Shown here piece by piece: positions 1 to 12,500 of a DNA stretch of 64,000 nt. Within the stretch, counting starts at the first letter, position 1; every line of letters begins with the position of its first letter. The position numbers and the translations under genes were made by a program. The DNA lies in NCBI RefSeq assembly GCF_001194135.2, contig NC_068990.1, positions 81,349,855 to 81,413,854 on the forward strand. The letters run 5' to 3'. The notes beneath the pieces are model-generated. The model searched no databases. It was not told the DNA's origin and saw only the letters and a list, made by a program, of their open reading frames with translations. Source of the stretch: Octopus bimaculoides (lineage: Eukaryota).

Positions 1-199
1 AGCTTTATGACTATCAAGCTGTACGCTGCTGTTGTACAAACAGAAGACACTGCTTACAATGTCAATAAATTTTACCAACAACACGGATGTATTTGCTAAT
101 CACTGCTACATCAGCAGGATAATTATCATAAAACAGTGACTACACATCCGGCGAGACCTCTATTCACAAATTCATTTCAAGATGTTTCTAAAAGTAAAA

Positions 200-340
200 T
201 GTACCAGATTTGCTAGTCATCTGATTTCAGACTCTGCATTACTCAGACCAGTCTTTATTCATCCTTCCATTAACCTCAAACTGTGTGCTCCATATTTACA
301 TCCTATTCTCAAATAACTCATCAATCTTTTTCTTCGACAT
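200..340 (+). mobile_element. Degenerate CR1/L2/Jockey-type LINE fragment (region just upstream of the RT core)
   Basis: 284-334 translates CAPYLHPILK*LINLFL, resembling the CAPxLAPxLTxLxNLSL segment that precedes RT motif 1 in these LINEs; short and interrupted by a stop. Confidence 0.3.
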
Positions 341-727
341 CTGTCTATGAAGAAAAAGAAGGCTTCTCATTCTCATGAACAACAAGTTTTCTGATCCGGT
401 CAATTAAAAACAATATATTTTCTATATTACTTTAAGCTACTATCTCTTCTATGTGACCACTGGTACAGTTTCTGCAAAACCAGAACTAAGAGACAATTTC
501 TCACGTCTTTCAGTCAAATGGTCTCCTTCTTCGAAAACCTTGTTGTTTTTCAATTTAGAGAAGGAAGGACAGTATCCATGACATTTTGCATGTAATTGAT
601 GGGAAGGAGTGAAGAAGATATTAACCGACCGAAGCCCTGGTCCAATGTTTGCAACAAAGTTGACTACACAAAAGAATTCCAGGGTGCCAGATGGTAATGT
701 TTAACAAACAAGAGAATTTGTCCATCT

Positions 728-897
728 AATAAGCTTTCACGTTGTTTCCACCAACCAAATTTCATTGGTAAAGATTTGGTCAGTCTGAATCTATGATGGA
801 AAAAAAAACTTGCCTAAGGTACCACTTAGTGGTATCAAACCCGAAACCGTTTAGCTGCAAAGCGAATGTTTGAGTCGCACAATTATGCTTGCGCCTA
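728..897 (-). mobile_element. SINE family A, degenerate 5' head
   Basis: Reverse complement aligns by eye to the head of the full copies at 6333 and 25047 (taggcgcag..., cttgggcaag-like segment, ttggtagacggaaac-like segment). Confidence 0.7.
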
Positions 898-1859
898 ATC
901 TTGTCTTCTTTAATATTAAAATCCTTCGAAAATGCCTGACCTGAGAACCCATATCTCTTATGTTAAGTCTCAGATCGGATCTATTCTTTTAGACAGTAGC
1001 ATCTTAAAGTGAATTGATGGAGTTCTCTAACACTTAAGTTCCATCAACTCTGTTTTACTTCAGGATTGAAATATATGGCTGACATGTTTATAATATCCGA
1101 CTTACCATAAAACAATATCAGAGAATAGCTATTTACGTTGAGTGTTATATTTTCTTTAATTGTCCATTAGTATTATCTACAACAATCGGTTTGCTGCTTG
1201 AGAGGACTTTTATAATTTTTCTAGCAACTATGATCGTATCCAGATCACCAATAGGGAGGTTATAATATGAGAAGGATTCGGTTGTTATTTATAACAAGGC
1301 GAGTGACTACATGGAAGCTCTGTATCGTTTTAAAAAAAGGATTCCAGATAAGCTAGTCACCGATATGTAACATTATAGGATGATCACGCTTATAACGCAC
1401 TTCGTTATAGGCCTGCTCGATCAGGCCTCGCTGGTAGATAAACAACAAATACAGCAACACTTTGTTAATCAAACCGTAAAGGATTCTCGTAAGTGGCTGT
1501 TTGTTCGACATGCAAGACACAGCAACCAAATCCGCTTCAGATCACAGCGTGTTGTCTTAAAGAAATTGTAGACGAGGAAAATAGTGTAGCTAAAGAAAAA
1601 GTAACGCTACCCAAGTAATGTTTTGTAGATAGCAATCAAACTACATCCTTATCTTAAAATGTATTATTTTTTTGTCCCTAGTCAAGATAAATCAATGCCC
1701 ATGGTTCTTAGTCTCCAGTAAAGCACCATAATGTTACATAAATAGTAATGTAATATATTCATATATTGATTGCCATCGAAAAGCAAAACCTGTTTTTTCT
1801 CTCTTCCAAGCCTTGAGAGATGCTCTAATGGCCAGTGCATACTTCCAATGTCAAGGCGA

Positions 1860-2220
1860 TAAGCAGAGATACAACACACACATACATACGCACACACGCG
1901 CACAAGCACACACACGTGCAAGTATATGTATATATGTGTTTGTGCGTGTGTGTGTACCTGTATGTGTATACGTGTATGTACGTATGTATGCATACATATA
2001 TATATATGAATGTGTATGTGTGTACTTGTACGTGTATACGTGTATGTACGTATGTGTGTATACATATATATATGAATGTGAGTGTGTGTGCTTGTATGTG
2101 TATACGTGTATGTACGTATGTACATACATATGTGTATGTATATGTGTGTGTGTGTGAATGCGCACGCACAGGCACACGTATGTGTATTTGTGCGTATTTG
2201 CGCATGTAAGCGCGCGTGTA
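1860..2220. repeat. Mixed alternating purine-pyrimidine (CA/TA/CG) tract containing a 66-68 bp higher-order repeat
   Basis: Unit tgtaYgtgtatacgtgtatgtacgtatgt... starts at 1959, 2027 and 2093. Confidence 0.85.
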
Positions 2221-2499
2221 TCTAGTCCCTCACATGTAAAAATAAAACTGAATAATAACGATTAGTCTTTATTTTTTTTAACCTTGATCATAGAACTGCT
2301 TGATCAGGACTCGCCTGGGGTCAAACAATAACATCAACGATAGCCAGTGCTGGGCTTAGAGAATGTGCAATAAAATACTCCATGTAGAAACACAACGGAA
2401 CCTAGCAATGATATACAAATATAAAATATCGTGTTATCGGTGAGCCTTTTGCACAGATATCTTAATTGTTTGTATAATTGTTGTTATTGTTGTTACTGT

Positions 2500-2873
2500 G
2501 GAGGTGCAATGGCCCAGTGATTAGGGCAGCGGACTCGCGGTCATAGGATCGCGGTTCCCAGACCGGGCGTTGTGAGTGTTTACTGAGCGAATACACCTAA
2601 AGCTCCACGAGGCTACGGCAGGGGATGGTGGCGAACCCTGCTGTACTCTTTCACCACAACTTTCTCTCACTCTTACTTCCTGTTTCTGTTGTGCCTGTAA
2701 TTCAAAGGGTCAGCCTTGTCACACTGTATCACGCTGAATATCCCCGAGAACTACGTTAAGGGTACACGTGTCTATGGAGTGCTCAGCCACTTGCACGTTA
2801 ATTTCACGAGCAGGCTGTTCCGTTGATCGGATCAACTGGAACCCTCGACGTCGTAAGCGACGGAGTGCCAACA
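2500..2873 (+). mobile_element. tRNA(Arg)-like SINE, near full length (octopus OR-type, from recall)
   Basis: A-box tggcccagtga, tRNA-like arm gcggactcgcggtc, partly deleted B-box (gcggttcccag). The 3' end has hairpins gttgat-cgg-atcaac and cgtcg-taag-cgacg. A second head fragment lies at 57277-57310 (minus). Confidence 0.75.
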
Positions 2874-2874
2874 C

Positions 2875-2922
2875 ATTGTTGTTGCTGCTGCTGCTGCTGT
2901 TGTTGTTGTTGTTGTTGTTGTT
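2875..2922. repeat. (TTG)n/(CTG)n trinucleotide microsatellite
   Basis: Direct reading. Confidence 0.95.
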
Positions 2923-2998
2923 TAGCCTCATTTCAACACTGACAGAGTATAACTTATGATCAAGTACATTCCAGCCGTGGCCATCCTATTTCTTTTCA
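2920..2998. repeat. Unclassified dispersed repeat family C fragment
   Basis: gttgtttagcc...tatgatcaa...cattccagccgtggccatcc recurs in degenerate form, in either orientation, near 2280, 12290, 13290, 28770 and 51340. Confidence 0.55.
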
Positions 2999-3369
2999 GA
3001 GTTACTACTTTTCATGAATTTTATATATATGTGTGTTTTTTATTCTTTTACTTGTTTCAGACAATAGACTGTGGCCATGCAGGGGCAATTACTTTGGAAG
3101 GTTTGTCTTCGTTAACTCAACTTCAACATTTATTGTAAGTGTAGTATATTTTTCTATCGAATTCCATTTGCCTAACCGCCATTTTACAGAGATAGAACTA
3201 ATTAAGCGGCGAAACACACACACACGCACACATAATGATATATGTGCATATAAATATGTGTGTGTGTATGCGTGTGTACATATGTAAGTGCAGACAGACA
3301 CACACACGCACATACATACATACATACATACATACATACACATACGTATTCGGTATATGTTAGGCGTCG

Positions 3370-3492
3370 ACACAATTTCCGTCTATCAAATTCATTGACA
3401 GTTGGCCAGCCCTGGGCTATTATAGAAGATGCTCCAAAGTGTGCCATATGAAGTTACTAAACCGGAATCCACGTGGTTGCAAAACGAATTTC
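3370..3492 (-). mobile_element. SINE family A head fragment
   Basis: caatttccgtctatcaaattca...ggctattatagaaga...ccacgtggttgc is the reverse complement of the family A head. Confidence 0.7.
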
Positions 3493-5160
3493 ATTTCATA
3501 GCAATGCCTGGTTTAGAATTTTATATTTGGCGTGCCTTCTTTTTTAACGTTTGAGTATGATTTGAGCGGGAAATATCTGTTACTTCTAGCAGATCGAATA
3601 ATTCCTTAGAAGCATCCTAGTTGCTTCATGTTTGCTAGTTTTATAATAGACTCGCTGTAGTAGTCAGCACTAACATGACATTTACTCGATGTGGGTTAGA
3701 TTTGAATAGAAACTCAGAGCAGATTTATTGTAACGATTGACAGCCAAAATGAAATCAAAGTATGAATGAAATATCTTAAAATATACTTTCGATTATAATC
3801 AGATGACGATGATAATTTTGCGCATGCGTTTCAATAATTGGCGTATTCTAATACTTCACTCTTTGATTATGTACACACAATTCAATGAAAATATTTCTGC
3901 CTTTACATTAGAGTCACGGTTGTGAGTGTCGTCATAGATTGGATGTTATTGCTTTCACTGAGGATAATATTAACAGTCACGTCTGAAGTTTTATGGTCTT
4001 TCCACAAGAATAAATTTAGTTTAAAAGGTTTTGTTCATATACATCACGTGATTCTGTTAATACTTCCGGTTAATTAAAAACACAAGCTTATTATTGAAAT
4101 TTTGCTTTGAAATCGGCCCATTATTATTTGATTAGGAAACAACTTCCTATGATAATATTGCTCTCACACGCACACATCCTCATTTGAATTTACTTGAACA
4201 CAATCTGAACACATAGGCAGGGATGTTTTAACGGTCCTTATCGCCATTATTACAAATAGGCATTATTTGTGTTATTGTTTTCGTTTCCAATTCTTATTGA
4301 CACGATTTCATAGTCTCTAACTATATTTTATTGCATGTCAAAGCAAACGTTATTCTATTATCGCAGTCGAATGCATTATTATTATCATGTCTATCTCTTG
4401 GACGATCTCTGACCGCCCAATCAATGATTATCAAAGCGTATTTGATCTCAACCCGACCATTTCAAACTGATTGTCTTCGGATAAACAACAGCCTAGAGAT
4501 GTTATCTGAACTCTTGGCCAGGAGGTAAAAAGTCGAACAATAGGCTGTTATGACTCATAATTATAGCCAACAGACGGCATGAAGCTTTTAATATCGACGT
4601 CCTGTAGCGAAATCCTCACTATCAATGCTAGATTGAAAACAAGGCGACAAAACTGTATCACTAATATCTCTTGTACTGTTTTATCACTGTGAAATCTAAG
4701 AGAAATGATCAGAAATATGGTTAACAGTGCAATCGTTGATTCAAAACTACAAGATATTTCTGAATATAACTCATAAGTTATTGAAATAATGCCTGATATC
4801 AAACAAAGATAATATTCATAAGTTCTTAGATGAACAAGTTTCCCAATACTATGGACAATATTATTTAACGATAGCCATCAATCGTTCTAAAAATGAAAAT
4901 TCTATTGTTGTCGGATTTGGGTACGAAAGTATCAAAGAATAAGGAGCTTTGGGTGATGTTGGTGGGGAAGGCTTCAGACGGAATATGGGATCTTTTACAC
5001 AAACTATATTCTTATGTATATATATTCATTTCGGCTTATGTCTGTGTGTATGCGTTCGCGCGCTCGTATGTGTACGTGTGTGCGTGCATGTGTGTATATG
5101 TGTGTATGTGTGTATGTGAGTGCATGCGCCCACGTATCTGCACAGAAAAGCATTAATCTT

Positions 5161-5400
5161 TTACTCTTTTACTCTTTTACTTGTTTCAGTCATTTGACTG
5201 CGGCCATGCTGGAGCACCGCCTTTAGTCGAGCAAATCGACTCCAGGACTTATTCTTTGGAAGTCTAGTACTTATTCTATCGGTCGCTTTTGCCAAACCGT
5301 TAAGTTACGGGGACATAAACACACCACCATCGGTTGTCAAGCGATGGTGGGGGGGACAGACACAGACACACAAGCATATACACACACATACATATATATG
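5161..5400 (-). mobile_element. SINE family A 3' half
   Basis: (ttactctt)n tail, cagtcatttgactgcggccatgctggagcaccgcctttagtcgagcaaatcgac, matching the 3' half of the copies at 6333 and 25047. Confidence 0.9.
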
Positions 5401-6332
5401 TATAACCCAAAGGTTTTAGCCCTTACTGCATACAAAAGCTAAAGGGAAGTCCCATCGGTCTAGCGTGATATCCTGTACATGTGTGTGAAAGCCTGGACAA
5501 ACTTTGTTGAGGAAGATTGGCAGCTATCCAAGCAAATAAGTCTCGGCTTTCCGAAATAACAACGTTATCCAATAGAAAACCAGCCGACTTGGCCGACACC
5601 GCTCGGTACCTGCGTCGTCGCAGACTTGATTGTCAGCATCTAAAGAACTGAAGAAGATAACGTAAGGCATTTTCTCTAACGGATCCAGTAATCTACCGCC
5701 CTGAATTGTAATAGAGAATCAGGCGAGTTATCTTAACTTTGTGTTTTGATAACAACGCCTACGACGATAATGGTGTCAAGCTGTGTCGGTTCAAGTCGAC
5801 CGCCTTTCCATTAGATAACATTGATATTGCGACGAGAGAAGACTTTGATGCATGGACAACTACCGGTCTTCCTCACAAGCAACTTGCTTAGGCTTGCTTA
5901 TATACAATGGGATTTGAACTCAGGGAGCTGAGTATCAGGACAAATATTGTGGGGCATTCTATCAAACATTCTATTAAGTTTGTTTATTAAGTTTGTCATA
6001 CTTAGTATGTAAGCTAATTAAACAAATTAGATATATTGGATTTCAGTAAATGGCTATAATGTTTGTACAGTTTCATTGCAAACGGAAAACGATTCTAGTT
6101 TCAGATATGTTTATCTTCCCTTCAGCAACAACTTACTCTTTTCTTGACTGTCAACATTGAAATTATATAAACAAGACTGTTGTTTGAGTGCTTTTAATTG
6201 ATGAAGTTAATTTCAATTAGTTAACCTATTAGTATACAAAACCAACACTACGAACGGGTCAGTAATTTATTCACTCAAAATATCTACCAAAATGCGTTCA
6301 ATCAGTGGAGCCGATTAAATGAAGCCCTTAAA

Positions 6333-6762
6333 TAGGCGCAGGCGTGGCTGTGTGGTAAGGAGCTTGCTTCCCAACCACATGGTTCTGGGTTCAATCTCAC
6401 CGCGTAGCACCTTGGAGACAAGTGCCTTCTACTATAGCCTCGGACCAACCAAGGCCTTGTGCGTGTATTTGGTAGACGGAAACTGAAAGAATCCTGTCGT
6501 AAATATATGTGTTATGGGGGGACGTATGGCTGTGTATGTGTGGGTGTGATTGTGTTTGTGCTTGTCCTCCCCCATCAGCACTTGACAACCTGCGTTCTTG
6601 TGTTTACGACCCCGTAACTTAGCGGTTCAGCAAAAGGGACATATAGCATTAGTACTAGGCTTACAAAAATAAGTCCTGCGATCGATTTGTTCGACGACTA
6701 AAACCCCTTAAGGTGATGCTCCAGCATGGCCACGGTCAAATGAGTGAAACAAGTAAAAGACT
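6333..6762 (+). mobile_element. SINE family A, full length (tRNA-type head, internal microsatellite, tail)
   Basis: A-box tggctgtgtgg, B-box-like gggttcaatctc, central (TG/TA)-rich tract, 3' ccagcatggccacggtcaaatgagtgaaacaagtaaaaga; many copies in the window. Confidence 0.9.
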
Positions 6763-6842
6763 AAATAACAGTGACTATGATGATTATGAGTTTATGATGT
6801 TAGCGTTTCTAACATTTAATGATGGGAGTGGAGGATGATGTT

Positions 6843-7000
6843 TGTCTAGTGGTTCAGCTGTTGAACTGGTTTCAATGACGTGGGTTAGATTCCAGGACCG
6901 GTAGTGGGTCCTTGGGCAAGATGAGTCAAGTTCCTCCAGGGATTAACCCAGATGGCTTGCACTTGTAGTGCGCATATTTGATTCAGTGCTACCAAGTACG
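6843..7000 (+). mobile_element. Degenerate tRNA-derived SINE head with a CORE-like gtccttgggcaag segment
   Basis: A-box-like gtctagtggtt, B-box-like gggttagattcc, then gtccttgggcaag. Confidence 0.4.
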
Positions 7001-7048
7001 ATCGCCTACAGCCGGGTAAGCAATGGTCGATGCCTCGACAAATGAGAA

Positions 7049-7432
7049 AGAAGAGCACTAAGAGAGCGCAAACCTCCGCCAAGGCAACACCAACGTCCTC
7101 TCAACGATTAGCCAGAGATGATTTTTAAAATGAGAATCTCTGAAATAAACTCGAAATAAACTCGACAGCTCTCTCAAACGAGAACACTAAAAATGAACCC
7201 GACCGCTCTCAAAAATTAAGTAAAAAAAAGAAAAACAGCAAAAGTAATCCAGAATCCTTGTCCGGTACCGGATCGTTCCCCAAATCTAATCAGTTCGTGC
7301 CAGTTACGAGGCCAAATATTCCTGAAAATTTCATCCGAATACATTCAGCTGTTCTTGAGATATTTTGTCCACGGACAAACAAACAAACACGACTGAAAAC
7401 AATATCTCAGCCTTCGCTAAGGCGGAGGTAAT
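7049..7432. mobile_element. Helentron-associated non-autonomous element (HINE/DINE-1-like)
   Basis: Sub-terminal inverted repeat acctccgcc (7072-7080) versus ggcggaggt (7421-7429), a terminal hairpin ctcagcctt-cgct-aaggcggag, an internal (caaa)n tract and an aaatttcat motif; no coding capacity. Confidence 0.7.
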
Positions 7433-8670
7433 AATCTGTTCAAAAATCTGATGTACAACAATCACTTCGAAGATATGCAACAGCAGTTCTTCAAGAGTAG
7501 AAGACATCGTAAGTAACATGCCGCTCACTTTTACAGTAAGAGGTATTGAGATGTGGCGAGAAATCGCGGTCACAATCCCAAAAGCAAGAAAAACGAGAAG
7601 AAAGAAGAGCAATTCTTGACTTCTATAACTGAGCATTTATAAAACCCATCAGTGACTAAAACTGTACATCAACATTTGGGATTTACAATCACTGAAGACA
7701 GCAAAAATCAAGAGGGACAGGATCGGGTCCGATGGGCATCCATAAGGAACTTAGTGTATAAGCGTATGTTTGTATATATTTGTTGCTTGCGTGTGTATGT
7801 ATGTATGTGTCAGAAATTGGGTGTGCTGGTGTGTAGGCGTATGTGTTTGGATCAAAGGACCAGAATATTATCCACACTGACTTATAGTGTTAAGATAAGT
7901 GGTTATTCAAGGCTTTCAGTGCTCATGACGTTTTTTCACACAGACACACAAACACACACATACACACATATAAATATATATATTAATATGTATGTATGTA
8001 TGTATGTATGTTCATGCTTGATCAACTTTTCTCTCATGAATTTATGCATATATTCTTTACCACCAAAGAAAAAATAGCCAGCCTATTATTCTAATGCATA
8101 AGAGACAGCCATGCATTAGAAAACATAATAATCTTGGATCACCACATTTATTGATGTTCACGATCTATTCTGTTGTTGAAAACTAACTTCTTTGGTTTGA
8201 TTACACCGTCATTCATGCTCTTGATATCTCTTAATCTTTTCAAATTTCATATTTTTCCTTTCCTCTGTGCTATCTATATTTCCCGTCACAGTGAATACCA
8301 ACAATTCTGGTTGATATTACACGACCTTGCCTTGGCGAACTCTTTGGCCGCTTAATCCTGGATGTAAAAATTAATCTTCAATGTCAACGACTAAATCTTG
8401 ATCCGTGCATAATCTCGCTATTAATTTCTTTTAAGTTCAGTCTCTTTCAATTTCTCATGATGTTCACAGCTGCTTAAACCGTTTCTAACTTGCATGTTTT
8501 GTCAGCAGCGGTGAAGGAAGACGTGAATGGAAGAAAATAAGAAAGGATTCTTAGAAACTAGGACAACCAATATAATTATTTCCAGCATGCAGCAGTTCTA
8601 ATCAAAAAAATAATCATCTCAGCATCATTGTTACCAATCTTCTTAGACGCTTTTATTTCCAGCCTATGTG

Positions 8671-8718
<48 letters not shown>

Positions 8719-8868
8719 TGTGCATGTGTGTGTGTACGTATACCTATAGTATATATGTATATATATGAACGTATTTTTATATGTGGATATGTATATATAC
8801 ATGCATATACGTTCATATATAGGAATATATGAGAATATATATGTATCTGTTTATATATAGATATATCA

Positions 8869-8921
<53 letters not shown>

Positions 8922-8924
8922 ATA

Positions 8925-9752
8925 TAGGATGCGATAGGTAAATTGTCACCATTTTATATTTTTTATTTCGCGCATGCGCATTATTTGTTCTTTGATTTTG
9001 TCAACTACACAGTAAAGTAGGGTCAGTTGGGAAAAACCTGGAAACGACATGATGTACTGCTTGGCGTTCGCGCCGGAAGCTCCAATACGATCGTTTCAGA
9101 GTGTTTGGGTGTCAATCTAAGGACAGTGCAATCTGAGGACATTTACCGAGAGTGATAAAAATCAAACATCCATTTAACATCATGGTGTTTGGAGTGGTCA
9201 CTAGTGATGGCAACGTTATGCCTCCATACATCTTCCCACTCGACCTAAGACTCAATATGGAGGCCTACATCAAATACTTGGAGGAGGTAGTGCTGCCTTG
9301 GGTCAAGAGGGTAGCTGCTAGAAGACCTTATACCTGGAAACAGGACTCTGCACCATGCCACAGAAGCAGAAGACCCAGTTATGGTTGTCATACAATTTCT
9401 GTGACCACATCAACCCTAACCCTAACCTTAACACGTTGCCACCTAACTCCTCAGACTGCAGCCCCCTTGACTATTATGTGCGGGGTGCAGTTGAACGAGA
9501 GGCCAACAAAACTCCTTGTAAAACCAAAGATGAACCGAAGGCAAGGATTATGGCAGCATTCACCAACACAGACAAGGAGACCCTCCAGAAGAGGTGCAAG
9601 AGAATCCGAAGTCGTCTAAAGGCTGTGGCTGAAGCCAATGGCGATTTTATTGAATAAATTTACTCTTTAGTATTTCAAGATATTTTAATATAATTTTGGT
9701 AAACATATCTGTTAAAATGAGACGTCAGTGTTATTTCCATTTTTGCATAATT
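8925..9752 (+). mobile_element. Tc1/mariner DD37D (maT)-type transposon, internally deleted, right TIR missing
   Basis: The left end follows a (TA)n tract (taggatgcgataggtaaattgtcacc) and precedes the transposase catalytic domain; no matching right TIR is visible. Confidence 0.85.
9152..9657 (+). pseudogene. DD37D mariner transposase C-terminal catalytic domain, frameshifted
   Basis: Motifs MVFGVVTSDG, WKQDSAPCH, then after a 1-bp frameshift TQLWLSYNFCDHI...PPNSSDCSPLDYYVRG...EANGDFIE*. Confidence 0.9.
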
Positions 9753-10395
9753 TATGCATATATGTAAGTGTGCGCATGCGCTCGTGTATGTATATCTCCA
9801 TACTGCATATCTTGCGCTTTTTCCCTCTGATCTTGAAATACAATCATTTCTTTCTTTCTTCTTTACTCTTTATTTATTATTATTTGGAGGGGTAGGGTTA
9901 TTTGATATCACATCAATGAATTTTAGATGCATCTTTAATGAATCTCTAAGATATTGATATTTAGAATTTTATGGTTTGTTATTGTCTTGTTTTATCTTCC
10001 AATTCTTAGTTTGTAAGTTTTCCTCAATGTACTTTACATAATATTCGCCAGTAGCAGTCGATTCTTTTTCTATGAAATTAGTTTTCTTTGAGATTTTTCA
10101 TTTGACGTTGTTTCGTTAAATCTGCCTTTTTTCATATCTTTAATTCAATGATAATGTATGTGTGTGTGTATGTATGCATATATGTATGTATATATGTCTG
10201 TATTATGTATGTGTATATATGAACATATGAACGTACGAGTATATGTATACGTATATGTATGAATGCATGTATAGACAAATATGTGCGTATATATGTACGT
10301 ATTGATGCAAGTATGTATGTATAAAGTATTATATATGCATATGCGTATGATGCACGAATATGTATATGCGTGTGTCTGCGTATATGTATTTATAT

Positions 10396-10430
<35 letters not shown>

Positions 10431-10457
10431 TGCTTATATGTATGAGAGCATGAATGA

Positions 10458-10488
<31 letters not shown>

Positions 10489-10849
10489 TGTATGTATGCA
10501 TGTATGTACAATTCTGACGATGTCTTCAAGATGCTTATCTGTGCCTTACCTTCTGTTAATACTATTCTCCTCTGAGAGGTTTGATATTTATTTCAAATTT
10601 AAAACCATTATGTTAGATATCCATGTTACCCCACAGTGTTGTTGTTAAATTAGTACAATGCATAAAGCTGGTACTGAAATAATATTGTTAATGATACTAT
10701 TACTGATGGTTACCCCAGTCGATTTCGACGTATGGGTGCCTGAACGAGAGGATTTAAAGAGAGATAGAGACAGAGAGAGTCAAAGAGACAGAGAGTGAGA
10801 GAGAAAGTGAGAGAGAGTGAGAAAACTTTAGAAATAAAAGAAGTTGCGT

Positions 10850-12170
10850 TGATGGGCGCATGAGTGTAATTATATAGGTGCATGAATGTAATTTGTGTCC
10901 AAGTATGGATTTTTCTATGAGGTTACAAGGAGGACACTGGTGATTTTTATATTGTTTAGGATTGGACAAATGTGTCTGTTGATTGATGGATATAAATCTT
11001 TTATTGTTCTGTTTCTTTAACTCAAATTGTTTTGATGCATCATGACACATTTTACACCATGCAGATCGATCTAGACAATGACATTCCAAAGATGTCAAAT
11101 TAAGCTGTAGAGATTTTAGTGATTGTTTCAACTTATTCTTATACCTAAGGACTGGTCTTCCTTTACCGCAGTATTCCTCTACAAAAGAATTTTCTTTCAT
11201 TCAAACAAGATGTCCTTGCCATCTGCACTGAATTATCAACAGCATTCTTTTGATACTGGAGATTTTCCCTAAGATTTTGACAATTGATATCTTATCTTGC
11301 TATATTAATGCTGCGGATACTGTGCAGACAGCACATATGAAAGGTTTCAAGTTTCTTTAAATATCTGTAGAAGTGAGTCCATGCTTCTGCCTCATACAAA
11401 AATGTGCTCAAAATACAAGATATGTATACACTTATTTTAGTTTTCAGACTGACATCGTGTTCATTCCACAAACGATGGGAAAGTTTTCCAAAAGCATTGT
11501 AGCTTTAGATATTGTAACATTGATTTTATCAGTACTCTTAAAGTTTATTGTACATCCAAGATCTGATCAATTTAAGTGGCTTGTTGCCAATCATCACATT
11601 TGAATCTCGAATATGCTCTACCCCAGGCTTTGGCTGGAATAAAACTACAGTCATCTTCATGCTGATAGTCAGTCCAAATGCACAACCTACCGTAGCAAAC
11701 ATGTCGACTCTTTCCCGAATTCCCTCAAATGTATGAAAAATCGAAGCGCAATCATCAGCAAGCAGAAAATCACGTAGAATCTCTTCCTTGGACTTTTAGG
11801 TTTATAAGACCTTCGCCGGCGCGAAACTAGAATTTTACACCATTTTGGTAATCCCTTTTGATAATCATCAACAAATGTAACTAGAGTCACCATAGACACT
11901 CCAAATGTTAGACCTCACTCCCATCGAGAATCTCCCTCGACGAAAGTATATCCTTCACTGGGTAAGCATCTCAAAGACTGACTTTTCACTTCAGAGCCAG
12001 AAAATATTTCATCTTCCTTCTATTTGTTAACACTGTACAAACTTCCACTAAAGCCCACAGTGGATGGTGTTGCTGCTGCACCTACTGACAACCGAGACCA
12101 CATTCATGAAAATGCCACTCAAGTGACAGAGAATATTACTGGTGTTTTCATCGACTTCATAGAGATAAAA
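10850..12170 (-). mobile_element. RTE-clade (BovB-like) LINE, degenerate and internally deleted
   Basis: Minus strand reads RDFLLADDCA...AFGLTISMKMTVVLFQPKPG (RT catalytic motif, about 11600-11790), an LGCTI...ISKAT segment, and C-terminal GRPVLRYKNKLKQSLK...LDRSAW. An endonuclease-like GYTF segment lies at about 11940-11960. Confidence 0.9.
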
Positions 12171-12289
12171 GAATAAAAGTGTTTAATAACTTAGTTATCT
12201 GTTCAACCACGGTAACGGTTTTACTCTCTTTCTTAACACTCTACGCAAAATTATGGTTTACTGCATATTTCCACGCTCAGCTTAAAATC

Positions 12290-12500
12290 GCCAACAAGGG
12301 AGTTTCAACATGATCAACCGGCTTACTAGAAATATCAGCCGTTTCTCATTCATATTATATCATACCCTGCTTTCTTAAAGAAGAAAAATAAGGTATTACA
12401 TAACGTGGTCCTTCGTAGACAACCCTAAAAAGGATTAGATTGTCATGATTGGAATGTTTCGATCGTGCAGATCCGGGACTGAATAACTAAATTAGAGCTC
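12290..12500. repeat. Dispersed repeat family C
   Basis: tactagaaatatcagcc...cataccctgctttcttaaagaag...tgtcatgattggaatg; homologous to 13290-13465 and 28770-28985. Confidence 0.55.

Noticed and set aside
1682-2209. Overlapping 108-147 aa ORFs (HTHT/VCVC/YIYI), and similar ORFs throughout the window
   Set aside because: They are translations of dinucleotide microsatellites, open in several frames and on both strands.
2500-2575. Functional tRNA-Arg gene
   Set aside because: The T-arm/B-box is partly deleted and the sequence continues into a SINE body.
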